Part shown: positions 13,001 to 30,986 of the stretch, piece after piece
Numbering within the stretch: position 1 is the stretch's first letter
Layout of the letters: every line of letters starts with the position of its first letter
DNA from: Dimorphilus gyrociliatus
Lineage: Eukaryota; Animalia; Annelida
DNA length: 64,000 nucleotides
NCBI GenBank assembly: GCA_904063045.1
Contig: CAJFCJ010000006.1
Location: 62,001 to 126,000, forward strand
Direction: 5' to 3'
Notes under the pieces: generated by a model
Seen by the model: only the letters and a program-made list of their open reading frames with translations
Told to the model about the DNA's origin: nothing
Databases searched by the model: none
Position numbers and translations under genes: made by a program

Positions 13001-15097
13001 TATGGAAGCGAAATAATATACAAATGCCCAGAAGGTCAAATATTTAATGATGGAACTTATAAACAAATTTCCAAGTGTAATATTGATGGCTGGTCTGTGA
13101 TAAGTTCAATTTGTATTCGTTAGTACTTAATATAATAGAATATAGGTTGATCGACCAAAAAAAATGAAGATCGTTAGCTGTCAAATAAATGAATTTGACA
13201 AATACTTGTCAGAACATTTTGTAATATTGCAAACAGACGAAATCAGGTTCAAGGCTATTCATTAGTATTCTTATATAAATAATTATTTTTTAATAGTTCT
13301 ATTCTCTCTCTCTCTCTCTTTGTAATTATCTATTATTAAATTATTGATAGACCATTGGAATTGTTTTTGACTATTCAAGTCGTTTTAAACTATAAAACAT
13401 TAAAAAATCATGACAGTCGTTCACTTCTATCAAGATAATAACAACGATCAACCTAAACTTTCTCTTCAATTTCATTTCTTATGTTTGTTTTATTAATGTA
13501 AAATTTTTATGTACATTTAGCCGACGTTTGCAAAGCTATACCAGAAATAATTAATGGAACTAGAAGCGGAAATAATACAAAAATTGGTTCTATTGTGAAT
13601 TATACTTGTTTCGATGGTCTTCGATTTGAAGATGGTTTAACAACAAGAAAAATTTTTTGTACAAACTCAACGCTATGGTCGAGAGATGTTACAGATTGTA
13701 AAGGTAACTAGAACTAGAAAAAACAGGGCTTTTAGACAGTTTATTTACCAGAATAGAGCTCTAATAATATTAGCTTAGTTGTTTGAACAAAAAAGTGAAT
13801 ATAAATCGTTAAGAAACTTTCGATTTAGCGTTAAAGATTTGATCTTAATAATCTGTTCATTTCAATATACTTTCTTGGAAAGAATTGTTGTTAACTATAA
13901 TTGAAATAAGAATTCCTTTCTAACTGAAGCTATTAATGGACTTTTCCTTTCAGTGAGATGTGTTGCAGCGCCTGTATTTAATAATACAGTGCCTGATAAA
14001 ACATTGACAGACATTGGAACAACAATAAACTATAGCTGTAGAAAAGGTTACATTTTTACAGAAGATTCAAATTCAATTAAAAGTACAAACTGTAATGAAA
14101 GTTTAAGTTGGACGCCACTAAATATAGCTTGTGAAAGTTAGCTTTGCTACTGTTTATACTAATTAATTAATGTCCAATTATTGATATTTTTTTTGAACTG
14201 TTTTAGTTATTGTTTGCCCGAAATTACATATAAAATATGCAACTATTAGTACAAACTTGGCTACCTATGGAACTACCGTTCAAGTGAATTGTATGGAGGG
14301 TTATGTAATGTTGAAAAAATTTCAATCTTTAAATATAACATGCATTGAAACTAGAAATTGGGATATACAAAATCTAACTTGCAACAGTAACTATTTATTT
14401 CCATATTATTTCTATTAAAGAATTTTTTATGATCTATACGAATATCTATTTCTCTCTGTTTTAGCTGTTAAATGCCTGGAACCTCCTACGGTGAATAATT
14501 CGGTTATTGAAGATAGAAAACCAATATATTATTACAATGAAAAAGTCCATATAAAATGTATTACTGGCTTCGAGTTTAGTGATATTGGAAAAGACGAGGT
14601 AAACGCAACCTGCTCAGCGGTGGCTACTTGGATAGGATTTAAAACAAACTGCTCAAGTAAAGAAATTGTTTGATTATATGTTTATTAACTAACCACGTAG
14701 ACATTTTGAAAATATATACTATAGGAAATCCTTATTCTTTATAGAAATTCAATGTCCTATTCTTCCTTTGTGGGAAAGCGCGGAGATCAGCTCAAACAAG
14801 AGATCTTTTGAAACGGTAGTAAACATAACCTGTACTCATGACGATAGCATATATCAATTATTAAAATGTGGTGAAAATAAAAAATGGACACCTGATTATC
14901 GAAATTGTCCTGATGCTCGAAAAGAAGAAGTAAAGCCTGCAGAGGCTGAACAAGCCGTTGAAATAGGTTCACTTGCTATTGGCATAATGGTGAGTGTATT
15001 CTCGCTAATAGTCTTGTTCGATGTGGTTACAATATGCAAACCAACCAAAACAAAGATAAAGATACATCCTAAAAAGAGGAAAAAACCTACAAAATAA
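10093..15097 (+). CDS. Type I membrane protein: signal peptide, 2 C-type lectin-like domains, Thr-rich mucin stalk, 8 sushi/CCP domains, TM, basic tail
   Basis: CTLD-like Cys/Trp pattern (GKWIWMDC..KCARI..WYTADC); TTPTT repeats; eight CCP modules, mostly one per exon, starting near 12435, 12710, 12935, 13520, 13955, 14205, 14465 and 14745; TM GSLAIGIMVSVFSLIVLFDVV. Start codon and some exon boundaries are approximate. Confidence 0.8.
11320..11510 (+). repeat. Coding tandem repeat, 60-nt unit (20 aa, MPTTRPTTSPTTIETTETTT-like), about 3 copies plus a partial upstream copy
   Basis: CCAACGA(C/T)(T/C)ATCGAAACAACT recurs at 11267, 11351, 11411 and 11471. Confidence 0.9.
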
Positions 15098-15375
15098 TTA
15101 GTATCTTTCAAAGGAATTTTGAAACTACTTGTACATTTAATCATAATAATTTTTTAATAGATAAATGATAATAAACTGCATCATCCTTACAGCTACATAT
15201 CTATCTATAACGAATATGAATAGACTGCATATTGTATATAGGGAAAATATTTTGTATTATTAAAAATGAATCAAAATATAAATCGTTTAAAAGTAATTTA
15301 AAAGGCTTGTGAGAAAAAATCTTTACTTAAAACTTGTATAAAGAATAAGTTAATTATGTTATAATATTTATAACT

Positions 15376-16209
15376 TTAAAGTAATCTTTTGTAATGGTTA
15401 TTTAAAAACGTATAAAAATCATTTTTCAATCCAGATGTTGAAAGTTTTGTAATTGGTTCAATAACCTTTTCAACATCTTCCGCTGTATAGCCGGTTACTC
15501 TTTCGAATTCGTCGTACCACCAATTCTTCGAACTAGCCTTTCGCAACATAATGTATAGTGCGGAAGAGGCTATTTTTGAAGGGGCGTAGGTAGCTATATG
15601 CTGATCGGTAGTTCCTAAATCTATTAGATATCTTGAGAAATTTTGCATTTTATCCTTAAAATCAATTCTTGTTGTGTGAAAATAAGCTTCCAAGAAGCAA
15701 AAAGGCGTTGGTCTAATGAGTTGAAACTTCAATAGTCTTAGGATAATACGCTCCATTCTATATAATTGTTTTAGGGTGAATCTTTTGGAGGGATATCCTA
15801 TCAGAACTGTAGGATTTGGAACAATTACCTCTTCAAGTTTAGCAGCAATCAAAATGCTTGCCAAGGCGACTAAATCGATTCTACTTGAACTAGTGGAACG
15901 TTTCTGCAAAGTTCTATCTAAGATATTAACAGCAGTTTGCCTAGTAACGTCGTTTAATTTTTCAATCCACATTACTTCATACATCCAAAGAACAACTTCA
16001 GCTCTTTCACGACCGTCAATACAATTTTTTTTTAATAGGAAATTCACTTTAAGAGTATTTTTCTTTTCAGCTAGTTTCATATTCATTAAAATATTCTCAG
16101 TATAGGAAAAATCTGCTTTTGACTTTTTAATTGGCTTCGAAAGAGACGCTTTAGGACGATTCTTTAATATATTCACACTAAGGTCTGCTAGAGGAACTCG
16201 GGTAGCCAT
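15376..16209 (-). CDS. Short cyclin A/B-like protein (277 aa), intronless ORF
   Basis: Cyclin box RAEVVLWMYEV, AVNILDR, LIAAKLEE, MERIILRLLKFQL..PT; C-terminal cyclin fold PSKIASSAL; D-box-like RVPLADLSVN at the N-terminus. Confidence 0.85.
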   Translation of the reverse strand: MATRVPLADLSVNILKNRPKASLSKPIKKSKADFSYTENILMNMKLAEKKNTLKVNFLLKKNCIDGRERAEVVLWMYEVMWIEKLNDVTRQTAVNILDRTLQKRSTSSSRIDLVALASILIAAKLEEVIVPNPTVLIGYPSKRFTLKQLYRMERIILRLLKFQLIRPTPFCFLEAYFHTTRIDFKDKMQNFSRYLIDLGTTDQHIATYAPSKIASSALYIMLRKASSKNWWYDEFERVTGYTAEDVEKVIEPITKLSTSGLKNDFYTFLNNHYKRLL

Positions 16210-17295
16210 CTAAAACGTCTTCTTCTTGTTAAAGTTAAAAATTAAATATAGCTATTATAAAAAGACTTGTTTCCCTTCAATCTTTAAAACATATAAACAC
16301 TTATAACAGCTCATTATATTCAATTATTTGTTACATGTTTATCTCCTAGGCCTACAAACAAATTATTACTCATAGCAAACAATCTATTAAAAAGCAAAGT
16401 AGAACTCCTGTTTGGTATTTTTTTATGATCATGATGTTTACATACCTGAATGAATATCTAATTTGTTAACTAATATAAAAATCTATTGTTCAATTGTACT
16501 TACTTCCTTTTATTTATTTTATCAACAGGAAAAATTATGCAAATGAGTATTCTACGTTAAAATCGTTAAGTTCGCATTGACGTTACGTCACGCCATCTTC
16601 AGTGTTCTTTTATCCCTTTATATTTTATGTTTGTGTTTCTTTTCTTTTAGGGAGGGAGGGGGGAGGAAGGGTAGCGAGGGTAGGGGGTGTCTAATATTGT
16701 TGAATAGGCATACAAGAAGTAGATATATTGTTTTAGATTGTTTGAATAGTGTTATATTTAATATTAAAGAGTCATAATCAATTAGAGATTGAAAGTATAA
16801 TAGATTATATATATATCTTGTAATCGATATCAAAACGACTTCACCTCCTACGAGTTAGCCATAGCTACAAACTAATAAGTTATAAGTGAGCTAGTTGACT
16901 ATTGTCTAACTACAAATTACTATTAAATTGATAAACAACGCATTTGTTCATAATAGTATATAGATTTTTTTGGCGAATAATTATTTTATAATAAACGAAC
17001 AAATGAATATGAATATTTTATAGAAAAAAGCAGAGTATTAATTAAAATACATTTATTTCATAACGAAAACCGTTTTTCCTCCAGTGGTGGTATAATTAGA
17101 CAAAACAAGATTTAAAAAATGTATAATCCAGATGGCGTTGCAGGTTGATTCAGTTGATTTTTTTTTTCAAGCTCAGTGACTAAAGAAGATAAAAATGTGC
17201 TCACAAAATATCTTTGATTTGTCTAGTTCACAACAATTATTACAACAAGAGGTCAACAAAGTGTGGATATATTTCACATCTAACTCCCCACTCTC

Positions 17296-18599
17296 TCAGA
17301 ACTTATGCGGTGCGGGAGGAGGTATGGGAGGGCCCTTCCTGATTGGTGGTGGTACTGGTGGGCCTTTCTTCATTAAACCAGGTGGTAGAGGCGCTCTCGG
17401 ATCTACAATTGGTCCGCTAAAATTACTCTTTTTATCATCCGAATCCTTTTCTATAGCTTCGGTGTCTTCTTGATCTTCGTCCTTTTCTAAGAGACCCATC
17501 TTCTCACCTACCCATTTAAACTTAGCAACGATTTCCTCTTGTATCAAAGAAAAGCACATTGACAAAATAGCCATACCAAACAACATGTAGATAGCAGATA
17601 ATACCATTTTATACTGATCTTCGGCATTTTCAAAATTTGCAGAACCGGGCACAACATCGCCGAAGCCTATAGTTGAAATCGTAACAAAACAAAAATAAGA
17701 AGCCTTTAAGGCGTCCCAACCCTCCCAAACACCAAACAATAAGGATCCCATAAAAATGTAGCCAGCAATTACAGCCATGGTAATAGTTAACGGAACGCTT
17801 ATCTTTTCATCCTCATCTTCCTCTTCGTCGTCATCCTCTGGATCATCGACCACTTGTCCTCCTGGGCCAGCATACTGCTTTTTCCAGGCCTCCGGTGTTC
17901 GTCTACCTTTACTGCCAGTTTCAGATTCATTTTCTTTATCTTTATTCTTATCACCTTTCTTTCTACAACAACCACAACAACAAATCTTTCCATAAACGAA
18001 TCTAAATATATCAGCCATAACATCGCCTATGTTAGCCAAGCAGAGCAACATCAAAGGAATTCCAAGAAGAGCGTAGGCAATACAAACAAGTCGACCCCAG
18101 TAAGTCTTTGGAGCTATATTCCCGTAACCTATTGTAGTAATCACAGTAACTGAAAATAATAATGCTCCTGAAAAAGACCATCTGTAACCAGGACCGTTTG
18201 GTTCACCCATTGCAGAGCAGTTTTTACCATCGTAGTTGAGTTCAAGAACATGTTTTCTAAATCGTTGTATAATTTTCACAGTAGCTTGTGTTGCCTCCTC
18301 AGGATTTTCTTTAATAATTTGAGCTATTTCTATGATTTTTTGGACGGTAGAATTCTCAGCAGGCAAATATTTTTGTTCAGCTTTAAGGCATTCAGTTTTC
18401 TCATTGTGACGCTCCAAATGTTCAAAAATAAAACCACCAGCTACTGAATATGCAATTACCATACCGCATAGTCCTATATGAGAAAACATAAATTTTAAAA
18501 CTTTCTTACAGCAGTTTCTCATCTTTGCCCTCTTCATCTCCTTTAATTTCTCCTCCTCCATTTGTTCTTCATTTCTTTGAGAATCTGCTTTCATCATGT
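17296..18599 (-). CDS. Two-pore-domain potassium channel (K2P, TWK/KCNK family)
   Basis: Four TM segments; pore loops TTIGYGNIAP and STIGFGDVVPG. An acceptor at 18606 leaves an upstream exon possible. Confidence 0.92.
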
Positions 18600-20182
18600 T
18601 CAAAGCTGTAAGTGACGCAAAAAACTGACGCTAAGACGAATAATGTCTATAATTGCAGTTCGAATTTATATCAAATACTGTCGAAGTAATGTATAGGTTA
18701 ATGTAGCCTTAGTGCATTCTGGCTCTTATAAAATAGGACATGTTGAATCATTGAACGCTTTTTGTTGATGACGAATTGAACGCAAACCATAGCGACATCA
18801 ATCTTTGTATTGAATTATCAATTGTTGCTCGTGTCACTGCATTTACTGTGTTTTAATAGTCTAGATACATAATTAATGCATTTTTGTAAAAATCATTAAT
18901 ATGTCATTTTTTCTGCAACTTTAACTATAATTTCAAAACCAACAATAGATTTTATTAAAAAGACGAGACTAAAAACAGCCATATTGCAACCATCTTTTTT
19001 CCTATGTCGATTAACATATTTTATGCATTATTCATGAGTTTTTCCAATTATAAACCGATCTATTAAAACGTCAGATACTACAGTAATGAACCATCTTTTC
19101 GTTTGGCACTCTAAAGATAGATTATCATAGAGAGTATATTCTGAAAAAGATTGAAATTCACTACTTCCTAAAATAAATATTCATTTCTTGTTTTTACATT
19201 ATGCACGTCTCATTATATATTAAACTTGCTAACATTTTTAATAAATAGGTATTTTTTTTTCTTTGTAAAGAAGGAATCAAGAGTTAAAGCCATTGTAAAA
19301 TAATTGAATTTTCATATCCAGCCTTTTGTAATCTGGCCCTAACAAGCTCCAATAAACTTTAGAGAAAAGAATAATACATAAATCATTGTATATGGACTTT
19401 TAGTCTTTTAAGTATCTTTTTTTTCTCTTATGAATCGAACGGTGAAATACCATGTGTTGATAAAGAGATATCTTTAAGAGAAAAGATATTTTATTAGACG
19501 GAAACTGTGTCCAAGACTAAGATTCGTGAAATACTATCTATTTAAAAGCTGAGTGCTATATACAAACAATGTTCAAAAACATGTCTTTTGTTAATAAATC
19601 AATAGGCGTCTCTTTCAAGGATAACTGTAAACAAGAATATAAAAAGAAACACATTGAATATAATTATTGAATTAATACCGTTGTTCTTAGTATAAAAGAT
19701 ATAGGATTATTTAACGTTTAAACATTTATTAAGCTCATGAAAGATATATTTTACAGTTTTTAAAGCTTTTTCCACACCAAATCCTCTACAACTCTCCTAA
19801 TTTTCACTCAAACTCTATTTTTAGGGAGTAACTAAGAAAATGATTAGTTGAGCGCACGCGAACATCAATCTACTTCCCCTTCTCACACCTTTTCTCCTGC
19901 CTTTTCTTTTTTTTTAAAAATACCATCCCTATTAATCATTAAAAGAGAAACATTTGGTATATTAAAAAGTTAATTATTTTATTTCTTTCAGTGAATATCG
20001 ATTATATAATCCGGCTATGACAAGTTGAAGAATATACAATACAGTATGTCTATATATATATATACTGTAGATATAGCTACATAATATAAATTCTCTTCCC
20101 TATAATAACAAATATTGAGAAAATTATTCGACAAACAAAACAAAAAATGCGATATTCTTGAAACAAAACAGACAAGCTAAAA

Positions 20183-21994
20183 CTAAAAGTCTAAAAATGA
20201 CCACTTTGAGAAAAGACCATTGGGATCATTTCGGCATGATTGAATCATGACTATTTGTCTTCCGTTTGTCATAGGATCCGTAACGTGAACCATACAGGAA
20301 TTAGTACTTTTATGTATAATGTGATTTTCGTTTGTATGTGACCACAATTGATTCTTATCATTACTTGAACAAGGTTTGACCACAACGTAAAAATCATCTG
20401 CCGATAAGCATTTTTCTTTATGTAGTATTCTGTTATCAGACGAAAAATGGAATAATTTATCTTGAGAAGGATTCTCAAATTTATAAGGACATCCACCAAC
20501 ATCTAAACGATTTAAACCTCTCTTTGTATTTACGCATTGACCATTTTCCACTCTCATAACTCCGTATTTGTAGACGTCGTTTGTGACTTTTAAATAAGGA
20601 TTTCTATGATCTTTACTCTTGAAAAATGTTTCTATTCCCTGACATGATTCATCCAGCTTGTTTGTTCCAGTTTGTAGATTTTTTAAATGTGTACTAAAAG
20701 CTTCTCTGTCGGTTAGGTTAATAAACCTACCATGATAATTTATAGGTGTTAAATAACTTTCTACGAGAGTTTTGATATCATTCGGATTTGTTTGTTTCCA
20801 AAGATTTCTAGTAAAATGGGTTGCTATATGAGAACATTTTGCCTTGATAATTCCCTTTGCGCATATCCAACTTTTTATACTCAAATCTACTGCTTTGGCG
20901 ATCTCTGTTACGTAGGATTTTCTATTCACATTCGATAAACGACGCCATAGAGTTGGCTTAAGAGCGAAACAATTCATGTTAAGAGCAAGAGAGGGCGCTG
21001 TTAGTTCTGAGTCGTCTCCTCTGGATGTAACATATCTTATATTCAGCCTTAAAGTTACGTACAAGTAGGCTGCAGGATCGATTTTCTGTTTAAAAAATGT
21101 AATTAATAAATAACTATTTTAACGAGACAACATTAACGAAAAAAAATGATGGCTTACTTTAATATTCATTGAAATAATGTCACTAATAACATTCGTATGC
21201 GGTATAACGACAGATTCTGGAGAAGACTGAACTGTGCGAAGAAGAGGTAATAACCATCCTTTGAGTACAGTTGTTCTAGGAGAAAGGAACACAAGAACGG
21301 TGCCTCTTTCCTGCACTGTTTCTCGACAAGTCCAAAACTGATCCTTATTACATTTCAAGCTAACACATTTAGGACAAATCTTTAAAAAATAACCAATTTC
21401 CCTAGTGACGTCGCTACCGTCTAGTAAAAGAATCTCTTTAATGTAATTAACATCAGTAAATTTGAGAATACTGAGTATCGTCATTTTAACGTCGAACCAT
21501 TCGTTGTCCCTAAATAATATAACAATTGTAGCAGACTCCTTGTGTTTATCGTCATTTCCAGTTTCATCTTTGCATATTTTTGGTCTTGTATCGTTTAGTT
21601 TATTCAATCTTTCATATATTAATTCGTCTGGTCTTGTTAAGTTTCCTTGTTCACCGAAAGGAGATAGTCTTTTCTTAATATTATCTCCGTTTCTAGAATT
21701 TATCTTATTTATGCTCTGTTCTGTTTCCTTTTCCTTTTCTCTTTCATTATTTAATGAAGATTCTTGACTAATTCCACCTAAATTAATTTCTGTAGCGGTA
21801 TTCGTAGTTTGTGAGCCGGATAGTTCTTTTACGCCAAAATATCCTTTGGAAAAGACCTTTCTGACGATTTCTTCTCGAATGTTTGGTCCTTGAGGCTTTT
21901 GAAAGATCAGAAAAACGAATATTACTCCAATTAAGATTCCAATTAAGCAAAGATCGAAAAATGAAATTCTCTTATATGCCCTGGTCTTACGCAT
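20183..21994 (-). CDS. Polypeptide GalNAc-transferase-like protein, 2 exons (21994-21158, 21085-20183; about 579 aa), catalytic motifs lost
   Basis: Type II TM, stem, GT-A segments (TIVILF, EILLLD, GWLLPLL, SVVIPHTNVI, DLSIKSWIC..CSHI) and a ricin-B lectin (QLW). Phase-0 intron GTAAGC..AAACAG. Confidence 0.75.
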
Positions 21995-22513
21995 AGTGTG
22001 CCTAATGTCACGTTTTTTCTGATTAAAACACCCTAAATAATAAAAAAAAAACAGTAGTAGACAGTAATATAGCGTTAAAGTTGTAAATCAGTCAAGCGTG
22101 GTAGGTCAGTTGAACATTCTTCTTCTCTTTTGGTTATTCGTTATTCTTAAGAACGCAAACATTTGCAGCTTTTTTTTATCTATTTTTCTCTCCATATACC
22201 CTTTATTAACAATATTAAACAATAAAAGAAACTTCTTCAATTGGCCTATTAGCAATTTAGATTACCATAAGTTGGTAACAAAATTTGTTCAGTCATAATG
22301 ACATGTACTTTGCCATATTTATTTATATTTGCGTGGTGAAAATGTGTTAATTTATTGATATAATGAAATTTGGTCAGATTTTAGACCTGAAAACAAGTGT
22401 TGTTTAGACGAAAATGATATTTTCTTTATATGATAAGTATGTGAAATAGCGTGTGCTGTCTATTAAAAAATATATATAAAGGCGTTACAATCTCATTAAA
22501 TATGAACTTGAAG

Positions 22514-23308
22514 ATGAAGTGCCTAATTGTTTTAGTAGCTCTTACAACCTTGGCTATTGCCAAACCAGCAGCCAGAATTGTTGGTGGAGAAGATGTTGAT
22601 CCTCCAGGAAAGTACCCATGGCAAGGATCTCTACAAAGTTTCTCTGACTTCCACAGTTGCGGCACTGTTGTTATCTCAAACAAATATGTTTTAACTGCTG
22701 CTCATTGCGTAATTAGCCAAAGTCCAGCCACCAGAAAGGTTGTTTTGGGAATGCATGACAAAGACACTCGTCTAGAAGGAAATCCAACAGACTACAACAT
22801 CGAAAGAATTGATAACCATCCTTTGTATACTTCTGGACCCCCAACTTATTGGGCTAATGATGTTGCTGTTTTGACCATCGAAGGAACTATCGATTTGACC
22901 GATCAATATGTCAGCGCTATTGGCATGGCCGATGAAAACTCTCCAGATTTCTCTGACAATGAAGATTGTCATATTACTGGATGGGGCAGAACCCGAGGAG
23001 GTGGTCCTTCACCAAACATCCTTCAAGAAGCCAACATCGATGTTCTTTCTCCTGCAGAATGCAGAGCTAACAGACCCGGACAAATCTATGACTACCATAT
23101 CTGTGTTGGAAAGAGATTTACTGCCGATCAAGGAGCTTGCCAAGGAGATTCTGGTGGTCCTTTGTCCTGCCGTCACAACGGTAACTGGGTTGTTGCTGGT
23201 ATTACTTCATGGGGAAATAGTTTCTGCGCCACTACTCAAGCCTCTGTCTACGCTAGAGTTGGATTCTCTGGAATCAGATCCTTCATCAGAGAAATCACCA
23301 ATATGTAA
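22514..23308 (+). CDS. Secreted S1 serine protease (chymotrypsin/elastase-like), intronless
   Basis: Signal peptide MKCLIVLVALTTLAIA, activation site R-IVGG, triad TAAHC / NDVAV / GDSGGP; Gly rather than Asp at S1 position 189, so not trypsin-like. Confidence 0.95.
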   Translation: MKCLIVLVALTTLAIAKPAARIVGGEDVDPPGKYPWQGSLQSFSDFHSCGTVVISNKYVLTAAHCVISQSPATRKVVLGMHDKDTRLEGNPTDYNIERIDNHPLYTSGPPTYWANDVAVLTIEGTIDLTDQYVSAIGMADENSPDFSDNEDCHITGWGRTRGGGPSPNILQEANIDVLSPAECRANRPGQIYDYHICVGKRFTADQGACQGDSGGPLSCRHNGNWVVAGITSWGNSFCATTQASVYARVGFSGIRSFIREITNM

Positions 23309-24525
23309 AGAGAAAAAAATCAAAAGTATTAGCAAGCGCAATAACATTTGGTTTAATAAAATTTTAACCGACAGATGGTGTTTTTTTTATTATTGTTTAA
23401 TGAAATTTCGGCCATTAATTAGAATCGAAGAGTTCATAGATTATTCCTATTGAACTTTGGCCAACCTTTAGCAATTTAGATTATAGTTGCAACAGAATTC
23501 CTGAATATTTTATACATAGCGGCCGCAAAAATTATACGAAGGGAAAAAGGAGATTGTAAAAATAATCAAAAAGCGTGTACTCTCCATCACAGGTAGGAAG
23601 AGTAACTTAACAAACGAGATGATGTATTATAACAGTTTATAGTATATAATCGAGTTAAAAAAGTCGGAAAGTCGATCTTGAAAAATACCCGCGGGCTTAC
23701 ACCTGCCCCCTTCTGTTTATGCGAGCTCCAAACATCTCGCGTTCTCATGCCAATATACTTTTAGGCGATATTTTAACGGGCCATATGTTCCATATGTGTA
23801 CGTTATGTGGAAATAAGTTGAATTAATTGAAAAACGTGCGAAAAAGTTCTCAGATCTTTAACTCATAAATGCGCAAAATCTGACTTTTTCATAAATGTCT
23901 CTCTTTTTTTTTCCTTTAAAGTCTTTTTTCTCTTTTAAGAATAAAGGTGGTTTTGATTTAGTTTCAATTGAAAGAAAAAGAATGATTTAAACCCCCTCTG
24001 TCTTCCCTCTATTGTGTAGTGGGGGGACTCGGAGGATATTTGCCCGCAGTTCTATAACTCATTTTTTTGTTGTCTTTCGGATCCAATCTGCTTTAGATGA
24101 CCCGCTGAGAAGGCAGAATGGACTTCTTTTATACAAGGAACATGTTGGCAAAATCTGTTCGAAATGGATCGCATAAAAAAAAGTTTTTTTTATTTATTGC
24201 ACAAGTAAAAATTTCCTATAAAAATAATAGTAATAGTAACAACAATGATAATAAAGAGAGAGAAAGAAGGAAAGAGCTCGCGAGAGAGAGAGAGAGAGAT
24301 GAATCTTCGAAACGGAGAAGAAGAAAAAAAGAAATATTGCATGATTTCTTTTAAGAAGATTGAAAAAATTCGTAACATAAAAGTATGGTTCAAGGCATAC
24401 TTTTCTTTCTTTTCAAATTTGAAGAAAGTATAAAATTGAATAAATATGAACAATAATACATATATAAACAATACGCATACAGTATCAGAATAGTAATAAA
24501 GATGTGTATGAACAAAAAAAAAACG

Positions 24526-29285
<4,760 letters not shown>

Positions 29286-30948
29286 TTAGTAGATAAACAC
29301 CTGTATTTTCGTAGGAGGCATCTGTTCCAACGATAGTCACGAATATTTTCTCCAAGATTTATAAATAATCGAACGTTGCTTGTTTATAAACAAAAGAACA
29401 AGCCAAGCTCCCTCCACACCAAACGGCGATCGACCGTCGACAGAAACGCGTGGCGACTTCACCATCTTTGCTGATTGGCCATTCTAAGCTCCGCCTTATA
29501 CACAGCTGTTTGCCGCAGTTGTTTGGTTCAATCAGGCTTCCTCTTTAAAAAAAATGCCTACCTCCCTTCCCTTCATCCCCTCTTTCCCTCACTAACTTTC
29601 CTGAAAGGCTTTTTGATTTATGATCGAAAAATTCCCATCCCCTCAGGCTACTTTATTCATAAAAAATCGTTTTGACACGATCTTTCTCTCTCTTTCAACA
29701 AGAATATATAATTAAATTCAGAAATCCCTTTACGCAATTATACTATTAGTAAGTTCAACTGTTTTGATAGATTACCTTTGTTTCTACAGCCGTTTTACAA
29801 AGCGTAGACGCAATATTTCTATAGATAACAAATTCCATCAGTAATTGAAGCCTTAATTAAAACCAGCTGTTATATGTGTGATTAGCTGCAATCGGTCCAT
29901 AATTGGGTGTATAACCGAATATATTTTAAGACGTCGTCGCATATCTTTGGCCCTAGTCAGTTTTTTTGCAGGAAATGTTAATACTCTACTGTAAATGTTT
30001 GCTCTTTTTTTCTAATAATCATCGCACGTTTCTACGTCTCTTCTTTTCCTCGTTTCGGTTGACATCTTTCACGAAAAATTGCAAACATGAGGTGACGCCG
30101 CAATTTGTCTGTCCCTTGACAGACGCACTGAGAAACGTGTAGTCGCATTTGAAAGGCGATTACTAACATTTATCATTCGAATACCGAGAGGACGATGCTC
30201 GATGTCCTAATGTGATTACATTTCGCTTTTTCTTCTTTTCTTTATCCGGTATTCACTAGGCTTATACGTAATTTCTTTTTATTCATATGCACTATTCACT
30301 ACTTCCGAATGTATGCAGGTGTTTAAAAGTTGATTAATGATAGGCAATAAGCTAATTACTCGGCACTTGGTTTGCGCTATGTTCTCTTTCCTGTCTGTTG
30401 GCAAATTTTTTTATTGACGAGCTACAGCCGCACGTAGACGATAGGTGGTGTCGCGGTATCATCAAATTTGAAGTGCCAAAAAGAAAAAGAGAGAAAAATC
30501 CTAAAGATGGAGCTTCGAATCAATTTTTTAATCGTAGTAGTAGTTGTAAATTATTTGCTGTCTTATCTTAATAATTTCCAGGGTTTCATGAAAATACTTA
30601 GTAAACTTTTGAACTTTTAAGACTTATAACACGAATACACTCAAATCCATTCCAAAAGCTGTTTTTCATTAAGTTGAAATCGAGGTAATCTGAATATTAT
30701 CCTCGGGATAAAGGGTAGACATTAAAAATAAAAGTTGGTATAATTTTTCAAGCAAGGGTCGCATAATAGGTTTCAGGACATTTTTGTAACGAAGCACCTA
30801 TAACCTCTCTTTTTTTTATTTTTCTCTTTATTCACCTTCCCTCTTTTACTATTATATCTTTTTTTTTCACTCCATACAGAGAGTTTTATCGTTCTTTAGA
30901 CTATATACGATTTTTGAACAACTTCTTCCTCTTCTTTCTTATTTTAAG

Positions 30949-30950
<2 letters not shown>

Positions 30951-30986
<36 letters not shown>

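Noticed and set aside
22908-23453. 181-aa ORF overlapping the protease
   Set aside because: Shifted frame of the protease CDS with no domain features.
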